Below the pieces are notes generated by a model. The model searched no databases. It was given only the letters and a program-made list of their open reading frames with translations, and had not been told where the DNA came from. 64,000 nucleotides of DNA from the human T2T-CHM13v2.0 reference genome, Homo sapiens, in NCBI RefSeq assembly GCF_009914755.1, contig NC_060925.1; one strand, written 5' to 3'. Each line of letters begins with the position of its first letter. The stretch's first letter is position 1. The translations under genes were made by a program, and so were the position numbers. Shown here piece by piece: positions 58,123-64,000 of the stretch.

Positions 58123-61100
58123 ATGAAATTGAAATGGATGGACTCATCATCGAATGGATTCGAATGGAATCATCGAATAAAATTGATTGAAATCATCATC
58201 GAATTGAATCGAATTGTATCATTGAATGGAATCGAATGGAATCATCATCAGATGGAAATGAATGGAATCGTCATAGAATGGAATCGAATGGATTCATTGA
58301 ATGGAATCAGATGGAATCATCGAATGGACTGGAATGGAATCATTGAATGGACTCGAAAGGGATCATGATTGAATGGAATTGAATGGAATCATCGAATGGT
58401 CTCGATTGGAATCATTATCAAATGGAATCGAATGGAATCACCGAATAGAATCGAATGGAACAATCATCGAATGGACTCAAATGGAATTATCCTCCAATGG
58501 AATCGAATGGAATTATCGAATGCAATCGAATGGAATTATCGAATGCAATCGAATAGAATCATCGAATGGACTCGAATGGAATCATCGAATGGAATGGAAT
58601 GGAACAGTCAATGAACTCGAATGGAATCATCATTGAATGGAATCGAATGGAATCATCGAGTGGAATCGAATGGAATTATGATCAAATGGAATCGAATGTA
58701 ATCATCATCAAATGGAATCAAAAATAACCATCATCAATTGGTATTGAATGGAATTGTCATCAAATGGAATTCAAAGGAATCATCATCAAATGGAACCGAA
58801 TGGAATCCTCATTGAATGGAAATGAAAGGGGTCATCATCTAATGGAATCGCATGGAATCATCATCAAATGGAATCGAATGGAATCATCATCAAATGGAAT
58901 CTAATGGAATCATTGAACAGAATTGAATGGAATCGTCATCGAATGAATTGAATGCAATCATCGAATGGTCTCGAATGGAATCATCTTCTAATGGAAAGGA
59001 ATGGAATCATCGCATAGAATCGAATGGAATTATCATCGAATGGAATCGAATGGTATCAACACCAAACGGAAAAAAACGGAATTATCGAATGGAATCGAAG
59101 AGAATCTTCGAACGGACCCGAATGGAATCATCTAATGGAATGGAATGGAATAATCCATGGACTCGAATGCAATCATCATCGAATGGAATCGAATGGAACC
59201 ATCGAATGGACTCGAATGGAATAATCATTGAACGGAATCGATTTGAATCATCATCGGATGGAAACGAATGGAATCATCATCGAATGGAAATGAAAGGAGT
59301 CATCATCTAATGGAATTGCATGGAATCATCATAAAATGGAATCGAATGGAATCAACATCAAATGGAATCAAATGGAATCATTGAACGGAATTGAATGGAA
59401 TCGTCATCGAATGAATTGACTGCAATCATCGAATGGTCTCGAATGGAATCATCTTCAAATGGAATGGAATGGAATCATCGCATAGAATCGAATGGAATTA
59501 TCATCGAATGGAATCGAATGGAATCAACATCAAACGGAAAAAAACGGAATTATCGAATGGAATCGAAGAGAATCATCGAATGGACCCGAATGAAATCATC
59601 TAATGGAATGGAATGGAATAATCCATGGACTCGAATGCAATCATCATCGAATGGAATCGAATGGAATCATCGAATGGACTCGAATGGAATAATCATTGAA
59701 CGGAATCGAATGGAATCATCATCGGATGGAAATGAATGGAATCATCATCGAATGGAATCGAATAGAATTATGGAATGAAATCCAGTGTGATCATCATCGA
59801 ATGGACCCGAATGGAATCATCATCCAACGGAAGCTAATGGAATCAACATCGAATGAATCAAATGGAAACATCACCGAATTGAAACGAATGGAATTACCAT
59901 GAAATTGAAATGGATGGACTCATCATCGAATGGATTCGAATGGAATCATCGAATAAAATTGATTGAAATCATCATCGAATGGAATCGAATGGTATCATTG
60001 AATGGAATCGAATGGAATCATCATCAGATGGAAATGAATGGAATCGTCATAGAATGGAATCGAATGGATTCATTGAATGGAATCAGATGGAATCATCGAA
60101 TGGACTGGAATGGAATCATTGAATGGACTCGAAAGGGATCATGAATGAATGGAATTTAATGGAATCATCGAATGGTCTCGATTGGAATCATTATCAAATG
60201 GAATCGAATGGAATCACCGAATAGAATCGAATGGAACAATCATCGAATGGACTCAAATGGAATTATCTTCAAATGGAATCGAATGGAATTATCAAATGCA
60301 ATCGAATGGAATTATCGAATGCAATCGAATAGAATCATCGAATGGACTCGAATGGAATCATCGAATGGAATGGAATGGAACAGTCAATGAACTCGAATGG
60401 AATCATCATTGAATGGAATCGAATGGAATCATCGAGTGGAATCGAATGGAATTATGATCAAATGGAATCGAATGTTATCATCATCAAATGGAATCAAAAA
60501 TAACCATCATCAATTGGTATTGAATGGAATTGTCATCAAATAGAATTCAAAGGAATCATCATCAAATGGAACCGAATGGAATCCTCATTGAATGGAAATG
60601 AAAGGGGTCATCATCTAATGGAATCGCATGGAATCATCATCAAATGGAATCGAATGGAATCATCATCAAATGGAATCTAATGGAATCATTGAACAGAATG
60701 GAATGGAATCGTCATCGAATGAATTGAATGCAATCATCGAATGGTCTCTAATGGAATCATCTTCTAATGGAAAGGAATGGAATCATCGCATAGAATCGAA
60801 TGGAATTATCATCGAATGGAATCGAATGGTATCAACACCAAACGGAAAAAAAACGGAATTATCGAATGGAATCGAAGAGAATCTTCGAACGGACCCGAAT
60901 GGAATCATCTAATGGAATGGAATGGAATAATCCATGAACTCGAATGCAATCATCATCGAATGGAATCGAATGGAATCATCGAATGGACTCGAATGGAATA
61001 ATCATTGAACGGAATCGAATGGAATCATCATCGGATGGAAACGAATGGAATCATCATCGAATGGAAATGAAAGGAGTCATCATCTAATGGAATTGCATGG

Positions 61101-64000
61101 AATCATCATAAAATGGAATCGAATGGAATCAACATCAAATGGAATCAAATGGAATCATTGAACGGAATTGAATGGAATCGTCATCGAATGAATTGACTGC
61201 AATCATCCAATGGTCTCGAATGGAATCATCTTCAAATGGAATGGAATGGAATCATCGCATAGAATCGAATGGAATTATCATCGAATGGAATCGAATGGAA
61301 TCAACATCCAACGGAAAAAAACGGAATTATCGAATGGAATCGAAGAGAATCATCGAATGGACCCGAATGGAATCATCTAATGGAATGGAATTGAATAATC
61401 GATGGACTCGAATGCAATCATCATCGAATGGAATCGAATGGAATCATCGAATGGACTCGAATGGAATAATCATTGAACGGAATCGAATGGAATCATCATC
61501 GGATGGAAATGAATGGAATCATCATCGAATGGAATCGAATAGAATTATGGAATGAAATCCAGTGTGATCATCATCGAATGGACCCGAATGGAATCATCAT
61601 CCAACGGAAGCTAATGGAATCAACATCGAATGAATCAAATGGAAACACCAACGAATTGAAACGAATGGAATTATCATGAAATTGAAATGGATGGACTCAT
61701 CATCGAATGGATTCGAATGGAATCATCGAATAAAATTGATTGAAATCATCATCGAATGGAATCGAATGGTATCATTGAATGGAATCGAATGGAATCATCA
61801 TCAGATGGAAATGAATGGAATCGTCATAGAATGGAATCGAATGGATTCATTGAATGGAATCAGATGGAATCATCGAATGGACTGGAATGGAATCATTGAA
61901 TGGACTCGAAAGGGATCATGATTGAATGGAATTGAATGGAATCATCGAATGGTCTCGATTGGAATCATTATCAAATGGAATCGAATGGAATCACCGAATA
62001 GAATCGAATGGAACAATCATCGAATGGACTCAAATGGAATTATCCTCAAATGGAATCGAATGGAATTATCAAATGCAATCGAATGGAATTATCGAATGCA
62101 ATCGAATAGAATCATCGAATGGACTCGAATGGAATCATCGAATGGAATGGAATGGAACAGTCAATGAACTCGAATGGAATCATCATTGAATGGAATCGAA
62201 TGGAATCATCGAGTGGAATCGAATGGAATTATGATCAAATGGAATCGAATGTTATCATCATCAAATGGAATCAAAAATAACCATCATCAATTGGTATTGA
62301 ATGGAATTGTCATCAAATGGAATTCAAAGGAATCATCATCAAATGGAACAGAATGGAATCCTCATTGAATGGAAATGAAAGGGGTCATCATCTAATGGAA
62401 TCGCATGGAATCATCATCAAATGGAATCGAATGGAATCATCATCAAATGGAATCTAATGGAATCATTGAACAGAATTGAATGGAATCGTCATCGAATGAA
62501 TTGAATGCAATCATCGAATGGTCTCGAATGGAATCATCTTCTAATGGAAAGGAATGGAATCATCGCATAGAATCGAATGGAATTATCATCGAATGGAATC
62601 GAATGGTATCAACACCAAACGGAAAAAAACGGAATTATCGAATGGAATCGAAGAGAATCTTCGAACGGACCCGAATGGAATCATCTAATGGAATGGAATG
62701 GAATAATCCATGAACTCGAATGCAATCATCATCGAATGGAATCGAATGGAATCATCGAATGGACTCGAATGGAATAATCATTGAACGGAATCGAATGGAA
62801 TCATCATCGGATGGAAACGAATGGAATCATAATCGAATGGAAATGAAAGGAGTCATCATCTAATGGAATTGCATGGAATCATCATAAAATGGAATCGAAT
62901 GGAATCAACATCAAATGGAATCAAATGGAATCATTGAGCGGAATTGAATGGAATCGTCATCGAATGAATTGACTGCAATCATCGAATGGTCTCGAATGGA
63001 ATCATCTTCAAATGGAATGGAATGGAATCATCGCATAGAATCGAATGGAATTATCATCGAATGGAATCGAATGGAATCAACATCCAACGGAAAAAAACGG
63101 AATTATCGAATGGAATCGAAGAGAATCATCGAATGGACCCGAATGGAATCATCTAATGGAATGGAATGGAATAATCCATGGACTCGAATGCAATCATCAT
63201 CGAATGGAATCGAATGGAATCATCGAATGGACTCGAATGGAATAATCATTGAACGGAATCGAATGGAATCATCATCGGATGGAAATGAATGGAATCATCA
63301 TCGAATGGAATCGAATAGAATTATGGAATGAAATCCAGTGTGATCATCATCGAATGGACCCGAATGGAATCATCATCCAACGGAAGCTAATGGAATCAAC
63401 ATAGAATGAATCAAATGGAAACACCATCGAATTGAAACGAATGGAATTATCATGAAATTGAAATGGATGGACTCATCATCGAATGGATTCGAATGGAATC
63501 ATCGAATAAAATTGATTGAAATCATCATCCAATGGAATCGAATGGTATCATTGAATGGAATCGAATGGAATCATCATCAGATGGAAATGAATGGAATCGT
63601 CATAGAATGGAATCGAATGGATTCATTGAATGGAATCAGATGGAATCATCGAATGGACTGGAATGGAATCATTGAATGGACTCGAAAGGGATCATTTTTG
63701 AATGGAATTGAATGGAATCATCGAATGGTCTCGATTGGAATCATTATCAAATGGAATCGAATGGAATCACCGAATAGAATCGAATGGAACAATCATCGAA
63801 TGGACTCAAATGGAATTATCCTCCAATGGAATCGAATGGAATTATCGAATGCAATCGAATGGAATTATCGAATGCAATCGAATAGAATCATCGAATGGAC
63901 TCGAATGGAATCATCGAATGGAATGGAATGGAACAGTCAATGAACTCGAATGGAATCATCATTGAATGGAATCGAATGGAATCATCGAGTGGAATCGAAT

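Larger units (their letters stand above)
1..64000 (+). repeat. Human Satellite 2 (HSat2/HSATII) pericentromeric tandem array, GGAAT/CGAAT-rich strand on +
   Basis: Every line is a variant of (atc)2-3 gaatggaatcgaatgga, the reverse complement of the CATTCGATTC motif that distinguishes HSat2 from the purer (CATTC)n of HSat3. No interruption or strand switch was seen. The array runs off both window ends. Confidence 0.98.

Noticed and set aside
129-63965. About 240 short + strand ORFs (MESSSN..., MKLKWMD..., MELNGII...)
   Set aside because: They are low-complexity W/N/E/S/I/M/G translations of GGAAT repeats that overlap in all three frames. They recur with the repeat period and are freely broken by stops and frameshifts. 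No recognisable domain.
1-64000. CRISPR-like repeat/spacer array or other prokaryotic system
   Set aside because: There are no unique spacers and no cas or other genes. The intervening sequence is itself the same satellite.
1-64000. HSat3, DYZ1 or alpha-satellite identity
   Set aside because: Long pure (GGAAT)n runs are absent, CGAAT and ATCATC dominate, the period is 1776 rather than ~3.5 kb, and there is no 171-bp monomer.
1-64000. Embedded Alu/L1 insertion, inversion or unique island
   Set aside because: None seen by eye. All anchor spacings are explained arithmetically by internal deletions and duplications, and no CATTC-strand block appears.

Overview
The whole 64 kb window is one uninterrupted, single-orientation tandem array of human-type Satellite 2 (HSat2/HSATII), built from GGAAT/CGAAT pentamers and ATC triplets. 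Its dominant period is 1776 bp with one EcoRI site per unit. This matches the 1.77 kb pUC1.77/D1Z1 repeat of 1q12 (the HSat2A2-like subfamily); that chromosome assignment is inferred, not mapped. I saw no genes, RNA genes, transposon insertions, inversions or unique sequence, and I treat all listed ORFs as artefacts of the repeat. The informative signal is the internal architecture. 23/26-bp cells build a 468-bp module that occurs twice per unit, plus 840 bp of single-copy sequence. Using the once-per-unit anchor ATGAAATTGAAATGGATGG, successive spacings are 1923, 1308, 1776, 1923, 1308, 1308, 1776, 1776, 1308, 1704, 1776, 1923, 1308, 1776, 1701, 1752, 3180, 1776, 1776, 1774, 1776 x4, 2839, 2835, 2432, 2839, 1750, 2839, 1776, 1777, 1776. 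These resolve into local higher-order repeats (5007 bp on the left, 2839 bp on the right), a five-copy expansion of the 468-bp module, length-neutral deletion+duplication pairs, patches of a divergent module lineage, and a left/right shift in diagnostic variants. I found no evidence for a new protein-coding or enzymatic system. All counts were made by eye plus arithmetic on the ORF-track coordinates, so junction positions are approximate.
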